Below, one piece after another: positions 12,860 through 24,705 of a stretch of 64,000 nucleotides of DNA (its first letter is position 1; every line of letters begins with the position of its first letter). The DNA lies in the NCBI GenBank assembly GCA_038087875.1, contig CM075998.1:6512001-6576000 (forward strand), in the 5' to 3' direction. The DNA comes from Malacoraja senta. Taxonomy: Eukaryota. The notes under the pieces were generated by a model. It saw only the letters and a list, made by a program, of their open reading frames with translations, had not been told where the DNA came from and made no database searches. The translations under genes and the position numbers were made by a program.

Positions 12860-13135
12860 AATTAGGATGTTCTTTTAGGAAGGAGATGAGGAGAAATTTA
12901 TTTCGTCAGAGGGTGGTGAATCTGTGAAATTCTTTGCCACAGAAGGCTGTAGAGGCCAAGTCAGTGGATATTTTTAAGGCAGAGATAGATAGATTCTTGA
13001 TCAGTACAGATGTCAAAGATTATGGGGAGAATGTAGGGGAATGGGGTTAGGAGGGAGAGATAGATCAGCCATGATTGAATGGCGGAGTAGACTTAATGGG
13101 CCGAATGGCCTTATTCTACTCCTATTCCTTATGAT
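12860..13135 (+). mobile_element. Short CR1 3' fragment
   Basis: FRKEMRRNLFRQRVVNL followed by a CR1 3' UTR. Confidence 0.75.
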
Positions 13136-13703
13136 GACATACTGGCGATCTTTCCTCTTCACTCTCAGTCCTGATGCAGGGTCTCAACCCGAAACATCAA
13201 CTTACACCTTTTGTCTCCACAGATGTTTCCTAACCTGCTGAGTTCTTTCCAGCCTTCTGTTTGTTGTCTCGTATTTGGGTACGCCATCATTGGCGCAGTC
13301 TTAATGTCGTAGAGTTATTGTGGTTCCGAGCAACTGATCATACTGTGATGTTGGTGAGGCTCGGGAGTTGGGTGACCAATTACCCTGCCTGCTGGAAATG
13401 GCATGGTGCAGGAGGATCTAAACAGGCAGAAAATAATGCAGTAAAAAATGGAGCAGTACCTTCTCCCTGCTTCTCCCTTCCCCCAACTCAGTGTCTCTTG
13501 TACTTATAGGAATCTTTTTTTATTCCTTTGCCTGTGTTCTTTCTAAAATGTACTGATTTGTGTAATTTTCAAGCTGATCTTTAATGAGCCCAGCTGATGT
13601 GCAACAATTGTAAGCAAAGTGTGGAAAGTGGAGTTGTGACTTCTGATGATAAATCCTACAGGGATCCATTTTAATGACCTGCTTATTTTTTTTCACTTTG
13701 TAG

Positions 13704-13839
13704 GTTGTTTAATGGAAATGGTGTGGGCCAGCAGTTTGGGCCAAAGTGTTTTGCAGGTGATCGAATTGGGTGTGGTGTCCAGACAGAATTCTTTGACAGA
13801 GGAATGGCAACTGTGTTTTTCACAAGAAATGGAAAAGAG
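13704..13839 (+). CDS. SPRYD3: SPRYD3 internal coding exon (probably exon 5)
   Basis: ttttcactttgtag acceptor; first G completes the AAG (Lys) codon. Encodes LFNGNGVGQQFGPKCFAGDRIGCGVQTEFFDRGMATVFFTRNGKE; donor GAG|gtgtgg. Confidence 0.96.
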
Positions 13840-14744
13840 GTGTGGAAGTATATTTCATGTATTGCAGTAAAACTGTCAATGTTGCCATCATAGCATGTTC
13901 AGTCCATACACCAGTGCACTGCACATTGGATCAACTGACAGATTTACACAAGACAGTTTTAAAGGATCAAGTCACATAAAGGTTTAAGACACTTATGTAA
14001 TCTACCTCCGCCATAAATTACTCCCAGTCATTGACAAGACATGCCTGCAGCAAATGGCACAGTTGCAAGATTGCCTCCCTCGTGAAGTTACGTGGCAGTG
14101 ATCTGGATCCTCTGATGTGCTCATGTTGTGGTCAGTGCAAGCCATCGCCTTTGTTATTACTGGGCTCACAGCCCTCTGGTGTAGGCAGCATGTGCCTCTT
14201 CTAAAGGCTTTTCAATGTCTTATTCTGTCAGCCTTAGAAAGAAGCCTTGCTTTGAGATCGCAGCCTACCATTCGTACGTTTAGACATTGGCCTACCATTC
14301 AGACATTGAGCTCATGGCCATACCTCTCATGGCCTACCATTCTACCACACATCACTTCTATGGCTATGAAAGGTTTCATGTTTTCCATTCTGTTGGCTCA
14401 TGTTTTTATTTACACAATATTCCGATTTTTGTTTATTTCCTATAATTGTCAGTGACACATGAACGTTTTTTTTTTTCAAACTACCCACTTTATATATAAA
14501 ACAAAATCAAAGTTGCTCTTCCTTTGTGTAGGTAAGACACAAAATTCTGGAGCACCTCAGCCGATCAGGCAGCATCCCTGGAGAACATAGATAGGCAACG
14601 TTTTGGGCCAGGACTCTTCTTCAGACTGATTGTAGGGGTGGGAAGAAAGAATGCTAGAAGAGTGATTGTGGAATTATATTGTTGAACTGGTTTGCAAAGA
14701 AAAACAGATGCAGCATCTATGATGCCATGTTTCTGCCCAACAAT

Positions 14745-15047
14745 GGGTGGCACGGAGGCGCAGCGGTAGAGTTGCTGCCTCACAGCACCAGAGACCTGGG
14801 TGCGATCCTGACTACGGGTGCTGTCTGTACGGAGTTTGTACGTTCTCCCTGTAACCTGCGTGGGTTTTCTCCGTGAACTTCGGTTTCCTCCCACACTCCA
14901 AAGATGTACAGGTTTGTCGGTTAATTGGCTTGGTATAAATGTAAAAATTGTCCATAGTGTGTGTAGGGTAGGATTAGTGTGCGGGGATCGCTGGTCGGTG
15001 CAGACTCGGTGGGCCTGTTTCCACGCTGTATCTCTAAATTAAACTAA
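14745..15047 (+). mobile_element. Near full-length V-SINE (HE1-like)
   Basis: tRNA-like head, V-domain, and tail ctgtatctctaaattaaactaaa. Confidence 0.85.
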
Positions 15048-16196
15048 ATGGTGGATCATTGCTATGAATGACGTGTCAAATGTGACCGATAGGTGTGCTC
15101 AGAAAGCCAGATTAGACTCAATGGGCCGAAAGGTGGGCTGCTATGTCATAATAAATAAGAACATGAATATAAGATCTCACTCATTGGGAATTAGTTTTAC
15201 ATTGCAGAGGTTTCATTTTGACTTGGGCGTCCAAATGATAATTTCAAATTTGAGATTGACAAAGTTCAATTAAAACTTCTGGATCATGATTGATTAGATA
15301 TTTAACCTTCACTTAAGACAGTATCATCCCCAGTTCATTACAGACTCCAATGCAAGTTAAATTAGTTATTCCCCTGTATACACATTTATTTGGTGTAAAC
15401 TCAATAAGGGTGAATCTGTGAAGTCCATCTATTGCAAATCTGTTTCTTTTGTGCTTCTAGCAGTGTACAGCAATTAGGTTGGAGATGCCCCTGATATTCT
15501 GGCCACCACACTCCCAACAAATGTTTAATGAAGAGTTGCAATGGTAAATGCAATTCAAACAAAAGGAGTTTGGAAAAGATAGTGGTGATCAGTTCTCTGG
15601 CTGCTGGTCTGCCATTAAAGTCCACTGTATTATCTAATATTCATTGCTCTTTTCTCCTGGTACCATGTGTGCATTTGAGGACATATGCATTTGTTATCAT
15701 CATCATATTTTACAATGTTGGCGCAGAGGACCTGATGCCATGAAACATTACATAGCGAGGAACACAGAATCCTTCACAAAGTAAAAATACCCCGCAGGTC
15801 AACTGCGTGATATAAACTCGGAATAGCAGGTTATTAAAACTGCAACAAATAAGAATGTCATTGTTCCGTTGCCAGTACATGTGCCAATGAACCTCTCCTG
15901 ACCTTTATTTAGTCTGCTGTTCTTATTTTGGGAATATTTGTGGGATACTATCAAGCATTTTCTATAGCACTTAATTGACCTTGGTTTCCTCACCATGGTT
16001 TCCATGATGGATTAAAGGTAGTTAAAGGATTTGAAGTATAGAGCAGCCATGAAATACACCTATTTTTATGTTTTAAATTACACAAATCTTCAGTTAAATA
16101 CTGGGTAATTATCATTTACCCCGAATGTAAATACCATTTTTTAACATTGTGTGTCTACATGAGAGAATGAAACGTTCTGTTTTTGTACGTGTCTAG

Positions 16197-16385
16197 GTAG
16201 GTTCTGTCGTAATGGCCATGTCGCCGGATGGGTTGTTCCCGGCAGTTGGAATGCACTCTCTTGGAGAAGAAGTTCGCATTGACTTGCAGGCAGAATGGGG
16301 ACTGGATGAAGACGACAGTGCCATGATGGTCGACAGCCATGAAGATGAATGGGGCCGTCTACATGATGTTAAAGTTTGTGGAACA
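16197..16385 (+). CDS. SPRYD3: SPRYD3 internal coding exon (probably exon 6)
   Basis: gtctag acceptor and ACA|gtaagt donor; 189 nt. Encodes VGSVVMAMSPDGLFPAVGMHSLGEEVRIDLQAEWGLDEDDSAMMVDSHEDEWGRLHDVKVCGT, matching SPRYD3. Confidence 0.97.
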
Positions 16386-17741
16386 GTAAGTAACATTTTG
16401 AAGAATGTTGGTCACACGGTGTATCTTTGCATCAGGAAAATCCTCTGATGGAGAACAGGTAGTATGTAACTGCTTCAAGTATTTTGTGGACGGAACAGTG
16501 GACGCATATTGAGTTTCAGCACCTGTTTCCATTATTATAACGTTGCTGATGCTGATGAATATGACCTTTGAGGGCTTGCATTGAGCCATGGATACCACTC
16601 GGTTTAAACCATTGGTCTGTAGAGGGTTAATACCTTGCTGCCCAGTCTGCTCAGATTCCATTTGTTTCTTTTTACAAACATATAATTAGAACAGAAGTAC
16701 GAGATACATTTATGTTCTTTTGAGTTGAGATTTTGTGGGCATGCCAGAAGCTATGAAGACAGACTATTCCTTCTGTATCTCTAAATGTGTTTGAACATTT
16801 AAAATGTGTTTCATGGGAATGTAGGCAATGCACACAAGGCAATATTTGATATATGTTTGAGCTTTAAGAGCAGTGTAGAGCTGAAGTTATATATGGACCA
16901 TACTGGATTGAGATGGTAAACTTAGTAAACACTTGTATATTTACAGCAATCCAGCAATTAGTTGATGTTACAAATTATTTTGACAAATTACACAATTAAT
17001 AATGCCCACAAATTATTTCCATTAATTGTCCCCATTTGCCACATAGGATATGAACCCATTATTTCTGGGTTGCTTGTCAACTACCATAATCAATAGACTA
17101 CCGTGGCTTACGAAGTTGTTCGACATTCAAAATGTTTTGATATTCTGTTTACCAACACATGGAGTAATTGTGGCAAATGGCATGGGTGCTTTATCGGGGA
17201 AGTGAGGGAGAAGGGAATAGAAGGATTTGATGCGATCAGATGAAAATAAAGATGGAGGCTTCTGTGCAAGCTGAACACCAGCATAGACCTGCTGGGATGA
17301 ATGATCTGTTTTTCTGCTGAATGTTTTATGCAATTTATAGGGGAAGCATTTGCTGGTTTGTCGTATGTATTGTTTAAGACAGTTAATTCAAAGACACCAG
17401 TATCTCTCCGCCAGGGTTACACTGTTCTTTTATGTACTTGAGGTTGTTGGTAATATTCTTGTCGGGATTTCATACTGTTCGTATGTAATTGATTGTAGTT
17501 GACAATTGCAAACACAATTCTGTGCAGGGCGTGTTATGAATATGCAAACTAAAAGATAACAAACTAATGTATTCTGAAAAATGATATAATATTTTTTGGT
17601 GGTGTGTTTCTGACCTTTTTAGGCTTTGTCATGAACATGCGTTTCCTGCCAGTTTGGTTTCGTTCAGACATACAGCGCGGAAACAGGCCCTTCAGCTCAC
17701 TGAGTCCGCACCGACCAGTGATCCCCGCACACTAACAGTAT

Positions 17742-17743
<2 letters not shown>

Positions 17744-17787
<44 letters not shown>

Positions 17788-17805
17788 CACGCACGCACGC
17801 ACGCA

Positions 17806-17836
<31 letters not shown>
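17744..17836. repeat. (CA)n compound microsatellite next to a V-SINE 3' fragment (17655-17740, minus)
   Basis: Direct inspection. Confidence 0.95.
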
Positions 17837-17838
<2 letters not shown>

Positions 17839-18375
17839 TGCTGAAAATGTGAGGCACCTTTTGTTATTTTCCCCCTTGACCTCTGACCCTGCTCTCTTAA
17901 CCATCTGGTACTTCACAAAGCACTGGAAAATGGAATGGATGTGCCCTAATTGAATAGACATGGAAAAGTTTTTAAAAAACGATGTCCTTGATTATGAGTA
18001 CAAATTACAGCAGTGTGAATTACGTTTGCAATTCATTAATTAAAACAGTAATGATGTCGAGCTTAGAGAGTATTCAGTGGAACTGTTGACTTGCACTTTG
18101 TAGATGGGATGCTTGGCGTACCTGGAGGCAAGGCATTCACAACAGGATATGCAGCCTTATCCTTTCTCACCACAGTATTTATATGATTGATGTGGTTGAG
18201 TTTTGGGTCAGTGGTGACCTGCAGCAGGAGTATATGATTAATTTGCCAAATATTTTATCTCCAGTCTTTTAATTATTTTAAGTTCCCCAATCCCCTTTTC
18301 TACTCCCTGATGTTCTTATAATTTTTTTTTTAATGCTCTTTCCTGAGTGACGTCATGGTGCAATTCTGGATTTGC

Positions 18376-19080
18376 TAAAACTAAAACTCTGATCTTGTGC
18401 TCTTCTGGTTTGCACGATTTTTCGCCAGGTTACTCACCGTTCTCCTGTGCTGCGAGTGCAACAAGCTTCGTTCCGATCGGTGGCATATTGTAAAAGTTGT
18501 CGAGGTTTACATTTTTTATAAAACCGCGCACGCATGGATTCCTTCAGTCAGCGCCACGCAGATTGGTCTCTTCTCCTGTCAGTCAATGCCACGGCCGGGA
18601 TGGCGACGGCCCCTTCCTGCCCCACCGGCGGCGGTCTGTCCCGCCTCACACACAAACTCCTCTCTCCCCTCCTCACAGTAACTTGTCTATCGTCTCCCCC
18701 AGGCAGGCAGGCAGGTAGGTGGATGGGCAGGCAGGCAGGGCGGAACAGGGATGGGCCGAGCAGCGGCGGGCGGGCGGGGACGAGTGGCAACAGCGGGTGT
18801 TCGGACAGGACAGACACGCACGCACGCATGCACGCACGCACGCGGAGGAGAGGGGAAAGAAGAGGGAAGGTGAAGAGGAGGGGGAGGGAGTGTTGGGGAT
18901 ATGGGGAAATGAGCCGTGCCTGCACAGTTGGGGGCTATGCGTGAGTAGTAAATATTGCATTGGGGGGGGGTTGCATTGGGGGAACGGGTGAGTGATGGAA
19001 TATTGCATTGGGGAACGGGTTGCGTTGGGGGACCAGGCCTCCCGGTGTGACTGGGACCCGACGGGTCCCACTTAGTCTAG
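18376..19080 (+). mobile_element. Non-autonomous Helitron
   Basis: 3' hairpin tgggacccg-a-cgggtccca (19052-19070), then CTAG (19077-19080) followed by T. The 5' ctaaaactctgatcttg is shared with the element at 21608. No TSD. Confidence 0.75.
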
Positions 19081-19194
19081 TACCATTTAAAGGCTTTAAT
19101 TACATTGATGATTCCTTGCTGAACAGTTTCCTTGTGGGGAACAGGGCGAGAGAATGAAAGGTGTATAACACACATAGCTGCATATAAGGCCTCA

Positions 19195-19770
19195 CTCGTG
19201 TCTCGGTACCCCGCAGCTCCGCCCTTGCTGCCATCCCCCTAGTCACAACACAGACAGAATCCCCCTAGTCCTTACCTTCCACCCCATCAGCCGTCGCATA
19301 CAACACATAATCCTCCGAAATTTCTGCCACCTCCGACGGGATCCCACCACTAGCCACATTTCCCCATCTCCACCCCTTTCCACCTTCCGCAGAGACCATT
19401 CCCTCCGCAGCTCCCTGGTTAACTCATCCCTTCCCACCCAAACCACCCCCTCCCCAGGTACCTTCCCCTGCAACCGTAGAAGATGCAACACATGTCCCTA
19501 TACCTCCTCCCTCAACTGGGGACCCTGACAGTACTTTCAGGTTTAGGCAGAGGTTCACTTGCACCTCCTCCAACCTCATCTACTGTATCCATTGTTCAAG
19601 ATGTGGACTCTTGTACATCGGCGGGCGAGACCAAACGCAGACTGGACGATCGTTTCTAGGAACACCTTCGCTGGACCACTAATTCTCCTTCCCATTCCTA
19701 CCACAAATGCAAATTGGAGGAACAGCATCCTCATATTTTACTTGGGAAGCTTGCAGCCCAGTGGTATGTA
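19195..19770 (+). mobile_element. Penelope-like element fragment (RT C-terminus plus GIY-YIG)
   Basis: Homologous to 55705-56031 (aggcagaggttcacttgcacctcctccaacctcatctactgtatcc), preceded by C-rich PLE linker sequence. Confidence 0.8.
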
Positions 19771-19849
19771 GAGCTAATAGGACTTGATGTTTCAATCTCT
19801 GTAGTAAGTTGGAACTCTTGATATTTGCAGTGGGATTGGAGTGGTGAAA

Positions 19850-20265
19850 GGTAGGGTATGTATGTCATCGGGGTCATCAGGTGGGCACCCCCCCTTCTTT
19901 GACGTTTCATTGATAAGCCCACAACGTCTCCAGTGTGCTCAACGGTGATACCTGGCGTCCCAGTTACACGCCCCTCAATTCCCATACCCTCCTGTCTTCA
20001 TCTTGTAGCCCAATTGTTATCTCTCCTTTTGATCCAAAGCCAATTGCTGCTTTTTTCTGCAGAATTTGATAATGATTTGATTGCTTGTTGGAGGGAGCGA
20101 CCCCTCACCCCAATTTTCTTTAATAGACCGGTCGTAGATCCCCTGCATCCCACTTCTCCAGGGAAAATCTTGGTCTTCCAGCCATTCTGGGCAACTTCAG
20201 TTGCTAGTTCAGTGGTCTTTTTCCTCTCACCATCTTCCCATGGAACTGTCAATTCCACAACGTAT
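19850..20265 (-). mobile_element. HERO-like non-LTR retrotransposon 3' end (restriction-like endonuclease)
   Basis: ORF 19998-20270 reads VVELTVPWE...[15 protein letters not shown]...AEKSSNWLWIKRR, the C-terminal RLE signature of HERO-clade elements. Confidence 0.75.
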
Positions 20266-20269
20266 GCCA

Positions 20270-21331
20270 ACTTGGTTGGCAGATAGGAAACAAAGAATAG
20301 GGATTAACGGGTCCCTTTCAGAATGGCAGGCAGTGACTAGTGGGATAATGCAAGGCTCGGTGCTGGGACCGCAGCTATTTACAATATACATTAATGATAT
20401 AGATGAAGGGGACTAAAAGCAACATTAGTGAATTTGCAGATGACACAAAGCTGGGTGGCAGTGTGAACTGTGAGGCGGATGCTATGAGGATGCAGGGTGA
20501 CTTGGACAGGTTGGGTGAGTGGGCAGATGCAGTTTAATGTGGATAAATGTGTGGTTATCCACTTTGGTGGCAATAACAGGAAGGCAGGTTATTATCCAAA
20601 TGGTGTCAAGTTGGGAAAAGGGGAAGTACAACGGGATCTGGGGGTCCTTGTTCATCAGTCTATGAAAGTAAGCATGCAGATACAGCAGGCAGTGAAGAAA
20701 GCGAATGGCATGTTGACCTTCATAACAAGAGGAGTTGAGTATAGGAGCAAAGAGGTCCTTCTGCAGTTGTACAGGGTCCTGGTGAGACCACACCTGGAGT
20801 ATTGTGTGCAGTTTTGGTCTTCCAATTTGAGGAAGGACATTCTTGCTATTGAGGGAGTGCAGCGTTGGTTCACCAAGTTAATTCCGGGATGGCGGGGCTG
20901 TCATATGTTGATATAATGGAGCGGCTGGGCATGTATACTGGAATTTAGGAGGATGAGAGGGAATCTTATTAAAACATATAAGATTATTAAATGTTTGGAC
21001 ACGCTAGAGGCAGGTAACATATTCCCGATGTTGGGGGAGTCCAGAACCAGGGGCCACAGTTTAAGAATAAGGGGTAAGCTATTTAGAACAGAGACGAGGA
21101 AAAACTTTTTCACACAGTTGTGAGTCTGTGGAATCCTCTGCCTCAGAGGGCGGTGGAGGCTGGTTCTCTGGATACTTTCAAGAGAGAGCTAGACAGAGCT
21201 CTTAATGATAGCAGATTTAAGGGATATGGGGAGAAGGCAGGAACAGGGTACTGATTGTGGATGATCAGCCATGATCACATTGAATGGCTCGAGGGGCCGA
21301 ATGGTCTACTCCTGCACCTATTGTCTATTGT
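20270..21331 (+). mobile_element. CR1-type LINE (subfamily A), 5'-truncated
   Basis: ORFs 20201-20416 and 20497-20916; tail cctattgtctattgt. Confidence 0.92.
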
Positions 21332-21540
21332 GAGGGAGGGATTGGGGAGGGAGGATGAGAGGGGAAAGAAGAGGGAGGGTGAAGAGTAGGGGGAGGGAGT
21401 GCTGGGGGATGAGGGGAAATGAGCCGCGCCTGCGCAGTTGGTGGATATACGTTGGGGGCACGGGTTACGTTGGGGGAATGGGTGAATGGTGGAATGTTGC
21501 GTGGGGGAAGGGGTGCGTTGGGGGACCAGGCCTCCCGTGT
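21332..21540 (+). mobile_element. Helitron internal/3' fragment homologous to 18850-19050
   Basis: Shares gaggggaaagaagaggg...gggaaatgagccg...gcgttgggggaccaggcctccc; ends in a (GT)n/(CA)n microsatellite. Confidence 0.65.
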
Positions 21541-21607
21541 GTGTGTGTGTGTGTGTATATACACACACACACACACACATACATATACACATACATATAT
21601 ACATATA

Positions 21608-22182
21608 TCTATATCTAAAACTCTCATCTTGTTTATGTGTGTGTGAGTTCTGGAAACTCCGCCAAAACGGTACACGATAGTGCTGCAATTTGTGGCCCAC
21701 CTTACTCACCATTTTCCTGGGATGTGCAGTACCAAGTTTCGTTAAGATTGATGTTATATTTTACACGTTATTGACATTTTAAACTTTACAAAAAACACTT
21801 TTCAACTTGCCCTGCCCGTCAACCGCGCTCGACGTCACAACGACGTCACAATAGTATCCCAACGGGTCCGCCCCTGCGTAGTTGGCCTGTCGCCATTTTG
21901 CAATCGACTTTCATTTTTTTGCGTGTAGTTGCCTGGCCTCACAACGGGGACCCCACGGCTCCACGGGTAAGTTTCATTCTACAAGCGCCTCCACAGGTCC
22001 TCTATTCACTTTATTAACTTTAACTTAATTTCAGCCGTCAACGGCACAACTTTGAACGCGGCAGTCGAGCCTGTGTAGGCTGGTTCTCAGCCATGCATGT
22101 GCAGTTTCGTCAGCCATGCATGTGCAGTTTGGTGGAATATTGCGTTGGGGGAGCTGGTCCAACGGGTCCACACTTGGTCTAG
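21608..22182 (+). mobile_element. Non-autonomous Helitron
   Basis: 5' A|TCtatatctaaaactctcatcttg; 3' gcgttggggg...aacgggtccacacttggtCTAG|T. Confidence 0.72.
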
Positions 22183-22849
22183 TAATGAATAGAATTGCAC
22201 TCGATTATGCTCGTGCATTTCCCCACCTGTACTTACCTGGGGCAGATCCAGACGGCTTATCTTATTAGCATCCACCCTGAAACACCCCTGACAACTGGCA
22301 GAGCTTGTGGATGAGGCTTTACTGGCTGCAATAATTATTGGTCACAACCTGTTTTTAAATGTTTCTGGCATTCAGACATTTGCAAACTTAAAATTGAAGT
22401 AAATAATTTAAAGTGATTAACATTTTTTTTAAAGTAGCTAAATGCAAATAGCTAAACAAAACAACTCCTTTTGCCTTCTAAATCTTGAATACATTCCCCA
22501 CTGAAGTCATTGGAGTCCATGTTGAAATCAGTGGCATCTCGGATATACAGTAGCACCAGGTCAGACAAGCAACTCTCCAGTTGGCATCTGTGTGTTGGTG
22601 TCCAGCAGTGAACTGACAGATACAGTCTTTTGAATTTGTCAGTCATTCCCAGACTTTCATGTCTCACAGCACATACACAGACATTTGGAACTGAACTGCC
22701 GTCTCAATGGTTGAATGCTTCCAGTCTAATTGAAATGGTTCAGTAGTTAACATAATTTGGGCTATGATCATAAAATGTTGGTTTTAGTTTTTGACTCAAA
22801 TCACCGTGGCTTGTTCTCGGAACACAAACCTCCATCACTTTCTAATTCA

Positions 22850-23152
22850 TAAGGTCATAAGTGATCGGAGCAGAATTAGGCCATTCGGCCCATCAAGTCT
22901 ACTCCACCATTTAATCATTGGCTGATCTATCTCTCCCTCCCAACGCCATTCTCCTGCCTTCTTCGCGTAATCTGTACTAATCAAGAATCAATCCATGTCT
23001 CGCTTAAAAATATCCATTGATGGCCTCCACAGCCTTCTGAGGCAAGGAATTCCACAGGTTCACCACTCTCTGACTAAAGAAACTTCATTTAATTCTGAGG
23101 CTATGTCCTCTAGTCCTCGACTCTCCCACTAGTGGAAACATCCGCTCCACTC
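22850..23152 (-). mobile_element. Short CR1 3' fragment
   Basis: Reverse complement of a CR1 3' end (gaattaggccattcggccc...ggaattccacaggttcaccac). Confidence 0.7.
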
Positions 23153-23994
23153 TGTTGGATACAATAGCTTCTCTCTTCCCGTTTGGCACCGGGTAGGATT
23201 GTTCTTGTTGAAAGTTCGTTTTTTATTATAATTTTTCTTTAAATGCATATGTGATTTTAATAGTGTTTTATAAAATGGTATGTCTGGTATAACAATGTGT
23301 CTGCTTGATTCCCTGTTTTTTGCTTCTATCTATTTCCCTCAAGCATTACATTTTGATCATAAAGTCTCATTCTCTCTTTGACTGCAAGAACCCTTAGCAC
23401 AAATGGTAATCAATATATTTTTAATGCCGCAAGATTAGTTCAGGGACAGACCTAGGTGTTGAAGCAGACTGGAAATATGATACAAGGGTGCAAATGCACA
23501 GTAATGTTGACGTCAAAGTTCTGGAAACAAAGTTCCCTTTTAGCCCTGCTCCATGCAATGAAATTCTGGTACAGTTGGAATTGCATTTCTGTTGGATACT
23601 TGAAAATGGAAATAAATTGTGTAAACTCAATGCTGAAAAATGACTGTCATCTTGGAGCAAATTGAGCAGGTTTAAGCTTGTAGGATGTGGGCTTTTAATG
23701 CCATTGCATTTATTTTAGACAGGTGCCAACTTGCCGATCACATTGTCAATGGTTCATTAATGACAGATGGTTAGTTATGACATTTAAAAAACACTTCATG
23801 AACTTCGCACACAACCATGATTAAGTTGATGGTTTCTGAGTGAGGTAAGGTTTGACCAATGAAGGCTTTTCAATAATCGTGTTATTTTTGAGTTGGCAAT
23901 AGAGATGATCACACACCCTAATGAGTAGTTGTCAAGTTTTATTTTAATATTGTTTTGAGTTATCACTTAGTAACCGGCCAAAGAATGAACATTG

Positions 23995-24150
23995 ACAGTC
24001 TTTGGCCCTCAATGAGCATCACGAAGGAGCCAGATTATTCGCTCATTACTGTTTACGGGAGTAAAACTGGCAGCAGCACTTTCTATATTATATCCATGAT
24101 TATACTTCAAAAGTGCCTTATTAGCTGTTGAAATGCTTTGCGACAGACCA
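23995..24150 (+). mobile_element. Degenerate Deu-domain SINE, 3' part
   Basis: cattactgtttacggga...ctggcagcagcactttctatatta...tacttcaaaagtgccttattagctgt resembles the Deu domain, recognised from memory. Confidence 0.45.
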
Positions 24151-24204
24151 TTAAACATAGGAGTAGAAATAGGCCATTCGACCCATCAAGTCTGCTCTAC
24201 CATT

Positions 24205-24705
24205 CATAGAAAATAGGTGCAAGAGGAGGCCGTTCGGCCCTTCGAGCCAGCACCGCCATTCATTGTGATCATGGCTGATCGTCCCCAATCAATAACCCGT
24301 GCCTGCCTTCTCCCCATATCCCTTGATTCACTAGCCCCTAGAGCTCTATCTAACTCTCTCTTAAATCCATCCAGTGATTTGGCCTCCACTGCCCTCTGTG
24401 GCAGGGAATTCCACAAATTCACATCTCTCTGGGTGAAAAAGATTTTTCTCACCTCAGTCTTAAATGGCCTCCCCTTTATTCTAAGACTGTGGCCCCTGGT
24501 TCTGGACTCGCCCAACATTGGGAACATTTTTCCTGCATCTAGCTTGTCCAGTCCTTTTATAAACATATAAAATTATAAAAGGACTGGACAAGCTAGATGC
24601 AGGAAAAATGTTCCCAATGTTGGGCGAGTCCAGAACCAGGGGCCACAGTCTTAGAATAAAGGAGAGGCCATTTAAGACTGAGGTGAGAAAAAACTTTTTC
24701 ACCCA
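24205..24705 (-). mobile_element. Young CR1 3' fragment with a fold-back inverted duplication
   Basis: Minus ORF 24204-24566; 24573-24705 is the reverse complement of 24430-24562. Confidence 0.9.

Noticed and set aside
14745..14820. tRNA gene-like A and B boxes (also near 7540-7603, 43351 and 53193)
   Set aside because: They continue into a V-domain and LINE-like tail, so they are SINE heads rather than tRNA genes.
16197..16200. Alternative acceptor 4 nt downstream (ctag|GTAG|gt)
   Set aside because: It would shift the frame; the upstream AG gives the conserved VGS start and there is no evidence of use.
19875..19940. Hammerhead-like words (ctggaga...gaaacgtc, ctgatga) in the HERO-like 3' UTR on the minus strand
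   Set aside because: The core deviates (CUGGAGA) and I could not form a convincing stem I in any permutation.
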